A DNA stretch of 64,000 nucleotides, taken from NCBI GenBank assembly GCA_964016885.1, contig OZ024742.1, forward strand, positions 2,046,001 to 2,110,000, in the 5' to 3' direction. A program made the position numbers and the translations under genes. The notes beneath the pieces were generated by a model that searched no databases, had not been told where the DNA came from, and saw only the letters and a list, made by a program, of their open reading frames with translations. Shown piece after piece: positions 1-15,000 of the stretch; position 1 is the first letter of the stretch; each line of letters starts with the position of its first letter. The stretch comes from Eledone cirrhosa. Lineage: Eukaryota.

Positions 1-3000
1 GGTAGGTTGATCTTTTAGAAATAGCAGTCAAATACCCACATTTACAAGAGCTTCTTCCTGTACCAAGAACTACCTGGTAGGTTGATGTCTTAGAAATAGC
101 AGTCAAATACCCACATTTACAACAGCTTCTTCTTGTACCAAGAACTAGCTGGTAGGTTGATCTTTTAGAAATAGCAGTCAAATACCCACATTTACAACAG
201 CTTCTTCCCGTACCAAGAACTAGCTGGTAGGTTGATCTTTTAGAAATAGCAGTCAAATACCCACATTTACAACAGCTTCTTCCAGTACCAAGAACTAGCT
301 GGTAGGTTCATCTTTTAGAAATAGCAGTCAAATACCCACATTTACAACAGCTTCTTCCTGTACCAAGAACTAGCTGGTAGGTTCATCTTTTAGAAATAGC
401 AGTCAAATACCCACATTTACAACAGCTTCTTCCAGTACCAAGAACTAGCTGGTAGGTTCATCTTTTAGAAATAGCAGTCAAATACCCACATTTACAACAG
501 CTTCTTCCAGTACCAAGAACTAGCTGGTAGGTTCATCTTTTAGAAATAGCAGTCAAATACCCACATTTACAACAGCTTCTTCCAGTACCAAGAACTAGCT
601 GGTAGGTTCATCTTTTAGAAATAGCAGTCAAATACCCACATTTACAACAGCTTCTTGTACCAAGAAATAGCTGGTAGGTTCATCTTTTAGAAATAGCAGT
701 CAAATACCCACATTTACAACAGCTTCTTCTTGTACCAAGAACTAGCTGGTAGGTTGATCTTTTAGAAATAGCAGTCAAATACCCACATTTACAACAGCTT
801 CTTCCAGTACCAAGAACTAGCTGGTAGGTTCATCTTTTAGAAATAGCAGTCAAATACCCACATTTACAACAGCTTCTTCCTGTACCAAGAACTAGCTGGT
901 AGGTTCATCTTTTAGAAATAGCAGTCCAATACCCACATTTACAACAGCTTCTTCCAGTACCAAGAACTAGCTGGTAGGTTCATCTTTTAGAAGTAGCAGT
1001 CAAATACCCACATTTACAACAGCTTCGTTCTGTAGTACAAACCACCTGGTAGGTTGATCTTTTAGAAATAGCAGTCAAATACCCACATCTACAACAACTT
1101 CTTCCTGAACCATGAACTACCTGGTAGGTTGATCTTTTAGAAATGGCAGTCAAATACCCACATTTACAACAGCTTCTTCCTGTACCAAGAACTAGCTTGT
1201 TGGTTGATCTTTTAGAAATAGCAGTCAAATACCCACATTTACAACAGCTTCTTCCTGTACCATGAACTACCTGGTAGGTTGATGTTTTAGAAATAGCAGT
1301 CAAATACCCACATTTACAACAGCTTCGTTCTGTAGTACAAACCACCTGGTAGGTTGATCTTTTAGAAATAGCAGTCAAATACCAACATTTACAACAACTT
1401 CTACCTGAACCATGAACTACCTGGTAGGTTGATCTTTTAGAAATAGCAGTCAAATACCCACATTTACAACAGCTTCTTCCTGTACCAAGAACTAGCTGGT
1501 AGGTTGATCTTTTAGAAATAGCAGTCAAATACCCACATTTACAACAGCTTCTTCCTGTACCAAGAACTACCTGGTAGGTTGATATTTTAGAAATAGCAGT
1601 CAAATACCCACATTTACAACAGCTTCTTCCTGTACCCAGAACTACCTGGTAGGTTGATCTTTTAGAAATAGCAGTCAAATACCCACATTTACAACAGCTT
1701 CTTCTTGTACCAAGAACCACCTGGTAGGTTGATCTTTTAGAAATAGCAGTCAAATACCCACATTTACAACAGCTTCTTCCTGTACCAAGAACTAGCTGGT
1801 AGGTTGATCTTTTAGAAATAGCAGTCAAATACCCAGATTTACAACAGCTTCTTCCTGTACCAAGAACCACCTTGTAGGTTGATCTTTTAGAAATAGCAGT
1901 CAAATACCCACATTTACAACAGCTTCTTCTAGTACCAAGAACTAGCTGGTAGGTTGATCTTTTAGAAATAGCAGTCAAATACCCACATTTACAACAGCTT
2001 CTTCCTGTACCAAGAACTAGCTGGTAGGTTCATCTTTTAGAAATAGCAGTCAAATACCCACATTTACAACAGCTTCCTCCAGTACCAACAACTAGCTGGT
2101 AGGTTCATCTTTTAGAAATAGCAGTCAAATACCCACATTTACAACAGCTTCTTCCAGTACCAAGAACTACCTGGTAGGTTGAACTTTTAGAAATAGCAGT
2201 CAAATACCCACATTTACAACAGCTTCTTCCAGTACCAAGAACTACCTGGTAGGTTGAACTTTTAGAAATAGCAGTCAAATACCCACATTTACAACAGCTT
2301 CTTCCTCTAGTACAAACTAACTGGTAGGTTGATCTTTTAGAAATAGCAGTCATATGCACACATTTACAACAGCTTCTTCTTGTACCAAGAACTACCTGGT
2401 AGGTTGATGTTTTAGAAATAGCAGTCAAATACCCACATTTACAACAGCTTCATCCTGTACCATGAACTACCTGGTAGGTTGATCTTTTAGAAATGGCAGT
2501 CAAATACCCACATTTACAACAGCTTCTTCCTGTACCAAGAACTACCTGGTAGATTGATCTTTTAGAAATAGCAGTCAAATACCCACATTTACAACAGCTT
2601 CTTCTTGTACCAAGAACTAGCTGGTAGGTTGATCTTTTAGAAATAGCAGTCAAATACCCACATTTACAACAGCTTCTTCTTGTACCAAGAACTAGCTGGT
2701 AGGTTGATCTTTTAGACATAGCAGTCAAATACCCACATTTACAACAGCTTCTTACTGTACCAAGAACTAGCTGGTAGGTTGATCTTTTAGAAATAGCAGT
2801 CAAATACCCAGATTTACAAGAGCTTCTTCCTGTACCAAGAACTACCTGGTAGGTTCATCTTTTAGAAATAGCAGTCAAATACCCACACTTACAACAGCTT
2901 CTTCCTGTACCAAGAACTAGCTGGTAGGTTGATCTTTTAGAAATAGCAGTCAAATACCCACATTTACTACAGCTTCTTCTTGTACCAAGAACTAGCCGGT

Positions 3001-6000
3001 AGGTTGATCTTTTAGAAATAGCAGTCAAATACCCACATTTACAACAGCTTATTCCTGTAGCAAGAACTACCTGGTAGGTTGATGTTTTAGAAATAGCAGT
3101 CAAATACCCACATTTACAACAGCATCTTCTTGTACCAAGAACCACCTGGTAGGTTGATCTTTTAGAAATAGCAGTCAAATACCCACATTTACAACAGCTT
3201 CTTCCTGTAGCATGAACTACCTGGAACGTTGATCTTTTAGAAATAGCAGTCAAATACCCACATTTACAACAGCTTCTTCCTGTAGCATGAACTACCTGGT
3301 ACGTTGATCTTTTAGAAATAGCAGTCAAATATCCACATTTACAACAGCTTCTTCCTGTAGCATGAACTACCTGGTACGTTGATCTTTTAGAAATAGCAGT
3401 CAAATACCCACATTTATAACAGCTTCTTCCTGTAGCATGAACTAGCTGGTTGGTTGATCTTTTAGAAATAGCAGTCATATGCACACATTTACAACAGCTT
3501 CTTCTTGTACCAAGAACTACCTGGTAGGTTGATGTTTTAGAAATAGCAGTCAAATACCCACATTTACAACAACTTCTTCTTGTACCAAGAACCACCTGGT
3601 AGGTTGATCTTTTAGAAATAGCAGTCAAATACCCACATTTACAACAGCTTCTTCCTGTAGCATGAACTACCTGGTACGTTGATCTTTTAGAAATAGCAGT
3701 CAAATACCCACATTTACAACAGCTTCTTCCTGTAGCATGAACTACCTGGTAGGTTGATCTTTTAGAAATAGCAGTCAAATACCCACATTTACAACAGCTT
3801 CTTCCTGTAGCATGAACTACCTGGTACGTTGATCTTTTAGAAATAGCAGTCAAATACCCACATTTACAACAGCTTCTTCCTGTAGCATGAACTACCTGGT
3901 ACGTTGATCTTTTAGAAATAGCAGTCAAATATCCACATTTACAACAGCTTCTTCCTGTAGCATGAACTACCTAGTACGTTGATCTTTTAGAAATAGCAGT
4001 CAAATACCCACATTTACAACAGCTTCTTCCTGTAGCATGAACTAGCTGGTTGGTTGATCTTTTAGAAATAGCAGTCAAATACCCACATTTACAACAGCTT
4101 CTTCCTGTACCAAGAACTAGCTGGTAGGTTGATCTTTTAGAAATAGCAGTCAAATACCCACATTTACAACAGCTTCTTCTTGTACCAAGAACTAGCTGGT
4201 AGGTTGTTTTTTTTTTAAATAGCAGTCAAATACTCACATTTACAACAGCTTCTTCCTGTACCAAGAACTAGCTGGTAGGTTGATCTTTTAGAAATAGCAG
4301 TCAAATACCCACATTTACAACAGATTCTTCCTGTACCAAGAACTAGCTGGTAGGTTGATCTTTTTGAAATAGCAGTCAAATACCCACATTTACAACAGCT
4401 TCTTCCTGTACCAAGAACTAGCTGGTAGGTTGATCTTTTAGAAATAGCAGTCAAATACCCACATTTACAACAGCTTCTTCTTGTACCAAGAACTAGCTGG
4501 TAGGTTGATCTTTTAGAAATAGCAGTCAAATACCCACATTTACAAGAGCTTCTTCCTGTACCAAGAACTACCTGGTAGGTTGATGTCTTAGAAATAGCAG
4601 TCAAATACCCACATTTACAACAGCTTCTTCTTGTACCAAGAACTAGCTGGTAGGTTGATCTTTTAGAAATAGCAGTCAAATACCCACATTTACAAGAGCT
4701 TCTTCCTGTACCAAGAACTAGCTGGTAGGTTGATCTTTTAGAAATAGCAGTCAAATACCCACATTTACAACAGCTTCTTCCAGTACCAAGAACTAGCTGG
4801 TAGGTTCATCTTTTAGAAATAGCAGTCAAATACCCACATTTACAACAGCTTCTTCCTGTACCAAGAACTAGCTGGTAGGTTCATCTTTTAGAAATAGCAG
4901 TCAAATACCCACATTTACAACAGCTTCTTCCAGTACCAAGAACTAGCTGGTAGGTTCATCTTTTAGAAATAGCAGTCAAATACCCACATTTACAACAGCT
5001 TCTTCCAGTACCAAGAACTAGCTGGTAGGTTCATCTTTTAGAAATAGCAGTCAAATACCCACATTTACAACAGCTTCTTGTACCAAGAAATAGCTGGTAG
5101 GTTCATCTTTTAGAAATAGCAGTCAAATACCCACATTTACAACAGCTTCTTCTTGTACCAAGAACTAGCTGGTAGATTGATCTTTTAGAAATAGCAGTCA
5201 AATACCCACATTTACAACAGCTTCTTCCAGTACCAAGAACTAGCTGGTAGGTTCATCTTTTAGAAATAGCAGTCAAATACCCACATTTACAACAGCTTCT
5301 TCCTGTACCAAGAACTAGCTGGTAGGTTCATCTTTTAGAAATAGCAGTCAAATACCCACATTTACAACAGCTTCTTCCAGTACCAAGAACTAGCTGGTAG
5401 GTTCATCTTTTAGAAATAGCAGTCAAATACCCACATTTACAACAGCTTCTTCCAGTACCAAGAACTAGCTGGTAGGTTCATCTTTTAGAAATAGCAGTCA
5501 AATACCCACATTTACAACAGCTTCTTCCAGTACCAAGAACTAGCTGGTAGGTTCATCTTTTAGAAGTAGCAGTCAAATACCCACATTTACAACAGCTTCG
5601 TTCTGTAGTACAAACCACCTGGTAGGTTGATCTTTTAGAAATAGCAGTCAAATACCCACATCTACAACAACTTCTTCCTGAACCATGAACTACCTGGTAG
5701 GTTGATCTTTTAGAAATGGCAGTCAAATACCCACATTTACAACAGCTTCTTCCTGTACCAAGAACTAGCTTGTTGGTTGATCTTTTAGAAATAGCAGTCA
5801 AATACCCACATTTACAACAGCTTCTTCCTGTACCATGAACTACCTGGTAGGTTGATGTTTTAGAAATAGCAGTCAAATACCCACATTTACAACAGCTTCT
5901 TCCTGTACCAAGAACTAGCTGGTTGGTTGATCTTTTAGATATAGCAGTCAAATACTCACATTTACAACAGCTTCTTCTTGTACCAAGAACTAGCTGGTAG

Positions 6001-9000
6001 GTTGTTTTTTTTTAAAATAGCAGTCAAATACTCACATTTACAACAGCTTCTTCTTGTACCAAGAACTAGCTGGTAGGTTGATCTTTTAGAAATAGCAGTC
6101 AAATACCCACATTTACAACAGATTCTTCCTGTACCAAGAACTAGCTGGTAGGTTGATCTTTTTGAAATAGCAGTCAAATACCCACATTTACAACAGCTTC
6201 TTCCTGTACCAAGAACTAGCTGGTAGGTTGATCTTTTAGAAATAGCAGTCAAATACCCACATTTACAACAGCTTCTTCTTGTACCAAGAACTAGCTGGTA
6301 GGTTGATCTTTTAGAAATAGCAGTCAAATACCCACATTTACAAGAGCTTCTTCCTGTACCAAGAACTACCTGGTAGGTTGATGTCTTAGAAATAGCAGTC
6401 AAATACCCACATTTACAACAGCTTCTTCTTGTACCAAGAACTAGCTGGTAGGTTGATCTTTTAGAAATAGCAGTCAAATACCCACATTTACAACAGCTTC
6501 TTCCCGTACCAAGAACTAGCTGGTAGGTTGATCTTTTAGAAATAGCAGTCAAATACCCACATTTACAACAGCTTCTTCCAGTACCAAGAACTAGCTGGTA
6601 GGTTCATCTTTTAGAAATAGCAGTCAAATACCCACATTTACAACAGCTTCTTCCTGTACCAAGAACTAGCTGGTAGGTTCATCTTTTAGAAATAGCAGTC
6701 AAATACCCACATTTACAACAGCTTCTTCCAGTACCAAGAACTAGCTGGTAGGTTCATCTTTTAGAAATAGCAGTCAAATACCCACATTTACAACAGCTTC
6801 TTCCAGTACCAAGAACTAGCTGGTAGGTTCATCTTTTAGAAATAGCAGTCAAATACCCACATTTACAACAGCTTCTTCCAGTACCAAGAACTAGCTGGTA
6901 GGTTCATCTTTTAGAAATAGCAGTCAAATACCCACATTTACAACAGCTTCTTGTACCAAGAAATAGCTGGTAGGTTCATCTTTTAGAAATAGCAGTCAAA
7001 TACCCACATTTACAACAGCTTCTTCTTGTACCAAGAACTAGCTGGTAGGTTGATCTTTTAGAAATAGCAGTCAAATACCCACATTTACAACAGCTTCTTC
7101 CAGTACCAAGAACTAGCTGGTAGGTTCATCTTTTAGAAATAGCAGTCAAATACCCACATTTACAACAGCTTCTTCCTGTACCAAGAACTAGCTGGTAGGT
7201 TCATCTTTTAGAAATAGCAGTCCAATACCCACATTTACAACAGCTTCTTCCAGTACCAAGAACTAGCTGGTAGGTTCATCTTTTAGAAATAGCAGTCAAA
7301 TACCCACATTTACAACAGCTTCTTCCAGTACCAAGAACTAGCTGGTAGGTTCATCTTTTAGAAATAGCAGTCAAATACCCACATTTACAACAGCTTCTTC
7401 CAGTACCAAGAACTAGCTGGTAGGTTCATCTTTTAGAAGTAGCAGTCAAATACCCACATTTACAACAGCTTCGTTCTGTAGTACAAACCACCTGGTAGGT
7501 TGATCTTTTAGAAATAGCAGTCAAATACCCACATCTACAACAACTTCTTCCTGAACCATGAACTACCTGGTAGGTTGATCTTTTAGAAATGGCAGTCAAA
7601 TACCCACATTTACAACAGCTTCTTCCTGTACCAAGAACTAGCTTGTTGGTTGATCTTTTAGAAATAGCAGTCAAATACCCACATTTACAACAGCTTCTTC
7701 CTGTACCATGAACTACCTGGTAGGTTGATATTTTAGAAATAGCAGTCAAATACCCACATTTACAACAGCTTCGTTCTGTAGTACAAACCACCTGGTAGGT
7801 TGATCTTTTAGAAATAGCAGTCAAATACCAACATTTACAACAACTTCTTCCTGAACCATGAACTACCTGGTAGGTTGATCTTTTAGAAATAGCAGTCAAA
7901 TACCCACATTTACAACAGCTTCTTCCTGTACCAAGAACTAGCTGGTAGGTTGATCTTTTAGAAATAGCAGTCAAATACCCACATTTACAACAGCTTCTTC
8001 CTGTACCAAGAACTACCTGGTAGGTTGATATTTTAGAAATAGCAGTCAAATACCCACATTTACAACAGCTTCTTCCTGTACCCAGAACTACCTGGTAGGT
8101 TGATCTTTTAGAAATAGCAGTCAAATACCCACATTTACAACAGCTTCTTCTTGTACCAAGAACCACCTGGTAGGTTGATCTTTTAGAAATAGCAGTCAAA
8201 TACCCACATTTACAACAGCTTCTTCCTGTACCAAGAACTAGCTGGTAGGTTGATCTTTTAGAAATAGCAGTCAAATACCCAGATTTACAACAGCTTCTTC
8301 CTGTACCAAGAACCACCTTGTAGGTTGATCTTTTAGAAATAGCAGTCAAATACCCACATTTACAACAGCTTCTTCCAGTACTAAGAACTAGCTGGTAGGT
8401 TCATCTTTTAGAAATAGCAGTCAAATACCCACATTTACAACAGCTTCTTCCTGTACCAAGAACTAGCTGGTAGGTTCATCTTTTAGAAATAGCAGTCAAA
8501 TACCCACATTTACAACAGCTTCCTCCAGTACCAACAACTAGCTGGTAGGTTCATCTTTTAGAAATAGCAGTCAAATACCCACATTTACAACAGCTTCTTC
8601 CAGTACCAAGAACTACCTGGTAGGTTGAACTTTTAGAAATAGCAGTCAAATACCCACATTTACAACAGCTTCTTCCTCTAGTACAAACTACCTGGTAGGT
8701 TGATCTTTTAGAAATAGCAGTCATATGCACACATTTACAACAGCTTCTTCTTGTACCAAGAACTACCTGGTAGGTTGATGTTTTAGAAATAGCAGTCAAA
8801 TACCCACATTTACAACAGCTTCATCCTGTACCATGAACTACCTGGTAGGTTGATCTTTTAGAAATGGCAGTCAAATACCCACATTTACAACAGCTTCTTC
8901 CTGTACCAAGAACTACCTGGTAGATTGATCTTTTAGAAATAGCAGTCAAATACCCACATTTACAACAGCTTCTTCTTGTACCAAGAACTAGCTGGTAGGT

Positions 9001-12000
9001 TGATCTTTTAGAAATAGCAGTCAAATACCCACATTTACAACAGCTTCTTCTTGTACCAAGAACTAGCTGGTAGGTTGATCTTTTAGACATAGCAGTCAAA
9101 TACCCACATTTACAACAGCTTCTTACTGTACCAAGAACTAGCTGGTAGGTTGATCTTTTAGAAATAGCAGTCAAATACCCAGATTTACAAGAGCTTCTTC
9201 CTGTACCAAGAACTACCTGGTAGGTTGATCTTTTAGAAATAGCAGTCAAATACCCACACTTACAACAGCTTCTTCCTGTACCAAGAACTAGCTGGTAGGT
9301 TGATCTTTTAGAAATAGCAGTCAAATACCCACATTTACAACAGCTTCTTCCTGTACCAAGAACTAGCCGGTAGGTTGATCTTTTAGAAATAGCAGTCAAA
9401 TACCCACATTTACAACAGCTTCTTCCTGTACCAAGAACTAGCTGGTACGTTGATCTTTTAGAAATAGCAGTCAAATACCCACATTTACAACAGCTTCTTC
9501 TTGTACCAAGAACCACCTGGTAGGTTGATCTTTTAGAAATAGCAGTCAAATACCCACATTTACAACAGCTTCTTCCTGTACCAAGAACTAGCTGGTAGGT
9601 TGATCTTTTAGAAATAGCAGTCAAATACCCAGATTTACAACAGCTTCTTCCTGTACCAAGAACCACCTTGTAGGTTGATCTTTTAGAAATAGCAGTCAAA
9701 TACCCACATTTACAACAGCTTCTTCCAGTACCAAGAACTAGCTGGTAGGTTCATCTTTTAGAAATAGCAGTCAAATACCCACATTTACAACAGCTTCTTC
9801 CTGTACCAAGAACTAGCTGGTAGGTTCATCTTTTAGAAATAGCAGTCAAATACCCACATTTACAACAGCTTCCTCCAGTACCAACAACTAGCTGGTAGGT
9901 TCATCTTTTAGAAATAGCAGTCAAATACCCACATTTACAACAGCTTCTTCCAGTACCAAGAACTACCTGGTAGGTTGAACTTTTAGAAATAGCAGTCAAA
10001 TACCCACATTTACAACAGCTTCTTCCTCTAGTACAAACTACCTGGTAGGTTGATCTTTTAGAAATAGCAGTCATATGCACACATTTACAAGAACTTCTTC
10101 CTGTACCAAGAACTACCTGGTAGGTTGATGTTTTAGAAATAGCAGTCAAATACCCACATTTACAACAGCTTCGTTCTGTAGTACAAACCACCTGGTAGGT
10201 TGATCTTTTAGAAATAGCAGTCAAATACCAACATTTACAACAACTTCTTCCTGAACCATGAACTACCTGGTAGGTTGATCTTTTAGAAATAGCAGTCAAA
10301 TACCCACATTTACAACAGCTTCTTCCTGTACCAAGAACTAGCTGGTAGGTTGATCTTTTAGAAATAGCAGTCAAATACCCACATTTACAACAGCTTCTTC
10401 CTGTACCAAGAACTACCTGGTAGGTTGATATTTTGGAAATAGCAGTCAAATACCCACATTTACAACAGCTTCTTCCTGTACCCAGAACTACCTGGTAGGT
10501 TGATCTTTTAGAAATAGCAGTCAAATACCCACATTTACAACAGCTTCTTCTTGTACCAAGAACCACCTGGTAGGTTGATCTTTTAGAAATAGCAGTCAAA
10601 TACCCACATTTACAACAGCTTCTTCCTGTACCAAGAACTAGCTGGTAGGTTGATCTTTTAGAAATAGCAGTCAAATACCCAGATTTACAACAGCTTCTTC
10701 CTGTACCAAGAACCACCTGGTAGGTTGATCTTTTAGAAATAGCAGTCAAATACCCACATTTACAACAGCTTCTTCCTGTACCAAGAACTAGCTGGTAGGT
10801 TGATCTTTTAGAAGTAGCAGTCAAATTCCCACATTTACAACAGCTTCTTCCTGTACCAAGAACTAGCTGGTAGGTTGATCTTTTAGAAATAGCAGTCAAA
10901 TACCCAGATTTACAACAGCTTCTTCCTGTACCAAGAACCACCTGGTAGGTTGATCTTTTAGAAATAGCAGTCAAATACCCACATTTACAACAGCTTCTTC
11001 CTGTACCAAGAACTAGCTGGTAGGTTGATCTTTTAGAAATAGCAGTCAAATACCCACATTTACAACAGCTTCTTCCTGTACCAAGAACCACCTGGTAGGT
11101 TGATCTTTTAGAAATAGCAGTCAAATACCCACATTTACAACAGCTTCTTCCTGTACCCAGAACTAGCTGGTAGGTTGATCTTTTAGAAATAGCAGTCAAA
11201 TACCCACATTTACAACAGCTTCTTCCTGTACCAAGAACCACCTGGTAGGTTGATCTTTTAGAAATAGCAGTCAAATACCCACATTTACAACAGCTTCTTC
11301 TTGTACCAAGAACTAGCTGGTAGGTTGAACTTTTAGAAATAGCAGTCAAATACCCACATTTACAACAGCTTCTTCTTGTACCAAGAACTAGCTGGTAGGT
11401 TGAACTTTTAGAAATAGCAGTCAAATACCCACATTTACAACAGCTTCTTCCTGTACCAAGAACCACCTGGTAGGTTGATCTTTTAGAAATAGCAGTCAAA
11501 TACCCACACTTACAACAGCTTCTTCTTGTACCAAGAACTACCTGGTAGGTTGATCTTTTAGAAATAGCAGTCAAATACCCACATTTACAACAGCTTCTTC
11601 CTGTACCAAGAACTAGCTGGTAGGTTGATCTTTTAGAAATAGCAGTCAAATACCCACATTTACAACAGCTTCTTCCAGTACCAAGAACTAGCTGGTAGGT
11701 TCATCTTTTAGAAATAGCAGTCAAATACCCACATTTACAACAGCTTCTTCCTGTACCAAGAACTAGCTGGTAGGTTCATCTTTTAGAAATAGCAGTCAAA
11801 TACCCACATTTACAACAGCTTCTTCCAGTACCAACAACTAGCTGGTAGGTTCATCTTTTAGAAATAGCAGTCAAATACCCACATTTACAACAGCTTCTTC
11901 CAGTACCAAGAACTAGCTGGTAGGTTCATCTTTTAGAAATAGCAGTCAAATACCCACATTTACAACAGCTTCTTCCAGTACCAAGAACTACCTGGTAGGT

Positions 12001-15000
12001 TGAACTTTTAGAAATAGCAGTCAAATACCCACATTTACAACAGCTTCTTCCTCTAGTACAAACTACCTGGTAGGTTGATCTTTTAGAAATAGCAGTCATA
12101 TGCACACATTTACAACAGCTTCTTCTTGTACCAAGAACTACCTGGTAGGTTGATGTTTTAGAAATAGCAGTCAAATACCCACATTTACAACAGCTTCATC
12201 CTGTACCATGAACTACCTGGTAGGTTAATCTTTTAGAAATGGCAGTCAAATACCCACATTTACAACAGCTTCTTCCTGTACCAAGAACTACCTAGTAGAT
12301 TGATCTTTTAGAAATAGCAGTCAAATACCCACATTTACAACAGCTTCTTCTTGTACCAAGAACTAGCTGGTAGGTTGATCTTTTAGAAATAGCAGTCAAA
12401 TACCCACATTTACAACAGCTTCTTCTTGTACCAAGAACTAGCTGGTAGGTTGATCTTTTAGACATAGCAGTCAAATACCCACATTTACAACCGCTTCTTA
12501 CTGTACCAAGAACTAGCTGGTAGGTTGATCTTTTAGAAATAGCAGTCAAATACCCAGATTTACAAGAGCTTCTTCCTGTACCAAGAACTACCTGGTAGGT
12601 TGATCTTTTAGAAATAGCAGTCAAATACCCACACTTACAACAGCTTCTTCCTGTACCAAGAACTAGCTGGTAGGTTGATCTTTTAGAAATAGCAGTCAAA
12701 TACCCACATTTACAACAGCTTCTTCTTGTACCAAGAACTAGCAGGTAGGTTGATCTTTTAGAAATAGCAGTCAAATACCCACATTTACAACAGCTTCTTC
12801 CTGTACCAAGAACTAGCCGGTAGGTTGATCTTTTAGAAATAGCAGTCAAATACCCACATTTACAACAGCTTCTTCCTGTACCAAGAACTAGCTGGTAGGT
12901 TGATCTTTTAGAAATAGCAGTCAAATACCCACATTTACAACAGCTTATTCCTGTAGCAAGAACTACCTGGTAGGTTAATGTTTTAGAAATAGCAGTCAAA
13001 TACCCACATTTACAACAGCTTCTTCTTGTACCAAGAACCACCTGGTAGGTTGATCTTTTAGAAATAGCAGTCAAATACCCACATTTACAACAGCTTCTTC
13101 CTGTAGCATGAACTACCTGGTACGTTGATCTTTTAGAAATAGCAGTCAAATACCCACATTTACAACAGCTTCTTCCTGTAGCATGAACTACCTGGTACGT
13201 TGATCTTTTAGAAATAGCAGTCAAATACCCACATTTACAACAGCTTCTTCCTGTAGCATGAACTACCTGGAACGTTGATCTTTTAGAAATAGCAGTCAAA
13301 TACCCACATTTACAACAGCTTCTTCCTGTAGCATGAACTACCTGGTACGTTGATCTTTTAGAAATAGCAGTCAAATACCCACATTTACAACAGCTTCTTC
13401 CTGTAGCATGAACTAGCTGGTTGGTTGATCTTTTAGAAATAGCAGTCAATTACCCACATTTACAACAGCTTCTTCCTGTACCAAGAACTACCTGGTAGGT
13501 TGATCTTTTAGATATAGCAGTCAAATACTCACATTTACAACAGCTTCTTCCTGTACCAAGAACTAGCTGGTAGGTTGTTTTTTTTTTAAATAGCAGTCAA
13601 ATACCCACATTTACAACAGCTTCTTCCTGTACCAAGAACTAGCTGGTTGGTTGATGTTTTAGAAATAGCAGTCAAATACCCACATTTACAACAGCTTCTT
13701 CCTGTACCAAGAACTAGCTGGTTGGTTGATCTTTTAGATATAGCAGTCAAATACTCACATTTACAACAGCTTCTTCTTGTACCAAGAACTAGCTGGTAGG
13801 TTGTTTTTTTTTTAAATAGCAGTCAAATACTCACATTTACAACAGCTTCTTCTTGTACCAAGAACTAGCTGGTAGGTTGATCTTTTAGAAATAGCAGTCA
13901 AATACCCACATTTACAACAGCTTCTTCCTGTACCAAGAACTAGCAGGTAGGTTGATCTTTTAGAAATAGCAGTCAAATACCCTCATTTACAACAGCTTCT
14001 TCTTGTACCAAGAACTAGCTGGTAGGTTGATCTTTTAGAAATAGCAGTCAAATACCCACATTTACAAGAACTTCTTCCTGTACCAAGAACTACCTGGTAG
14101 GTTGATGTTTTAGAAATAGCAGTCAAATACCCACATTTACAACAGCTTCGTTCTGTAGTACAAACCATCTGGTAGGTTGATCTTTTAGAAATAGCAGTCA
14201 AATACCAACATTTACAACAACTTCTTCCTGAACCATGAACTACCTGGTAGGATGATCTTTTAGAAATAGCAGTCAAATACCCACATTTACAACAGCTTCT
14301 TCCTGTACCCAGAACTACCTGGTAGGTTGATCTTTTAGAAATAGCAGTCAAATACCCACATTTACAACAGCTTCTTCTTGTACCAAGAACCACCTGGTAG
14401 GTTGATCTTTTAGAAATAGCAGTCAAATACCCACATTTACAACAGCTTCTTCCTGTACCAAGAACTAGCTGGTAGGTTGATCTTTTAGAAATAGCAGTCA
14501 AATACCCAGATTTACAACAGCTTCTTCCTGTACCAAGAACCACCTGGTACGTTGATCTTTTAGAAATAGCAGTCAAATACCCACATTTACAACAGCTTCT
14601 TCCTGTACCAAGAACTAGCTGGTAGGTTGATCTTTTAGAAGTAGCAGTCAAATACCCACATTTACAACAGCTTCTTCCTGTACCAAGAACTAGCTGGTAG
14701 GTTGATCTTTTAGAAATAGCAGTCAAATACCCAGATTTACAACAGCTTCTTCCTGTACCAAGAACCACCTGGTAGGTTGATCTTTTAGAAATAGCAGTCA
14801 AATACCCACATTTACAACAGCTTCGTCCAGTAGTACAAACCACCTGGTAGGTTGATCTTTAGAAATAGCAGTCAAATACTCACATTTACAACAACTTCTT
14901 CCTGAACCATGAACTACCTGGTAGATTGATCTTTTAGAAATAGCAGTCAAATACCCACATTTACAACAGCTTTTTCCTGTACCAAGAACTAGGTGGTAGG

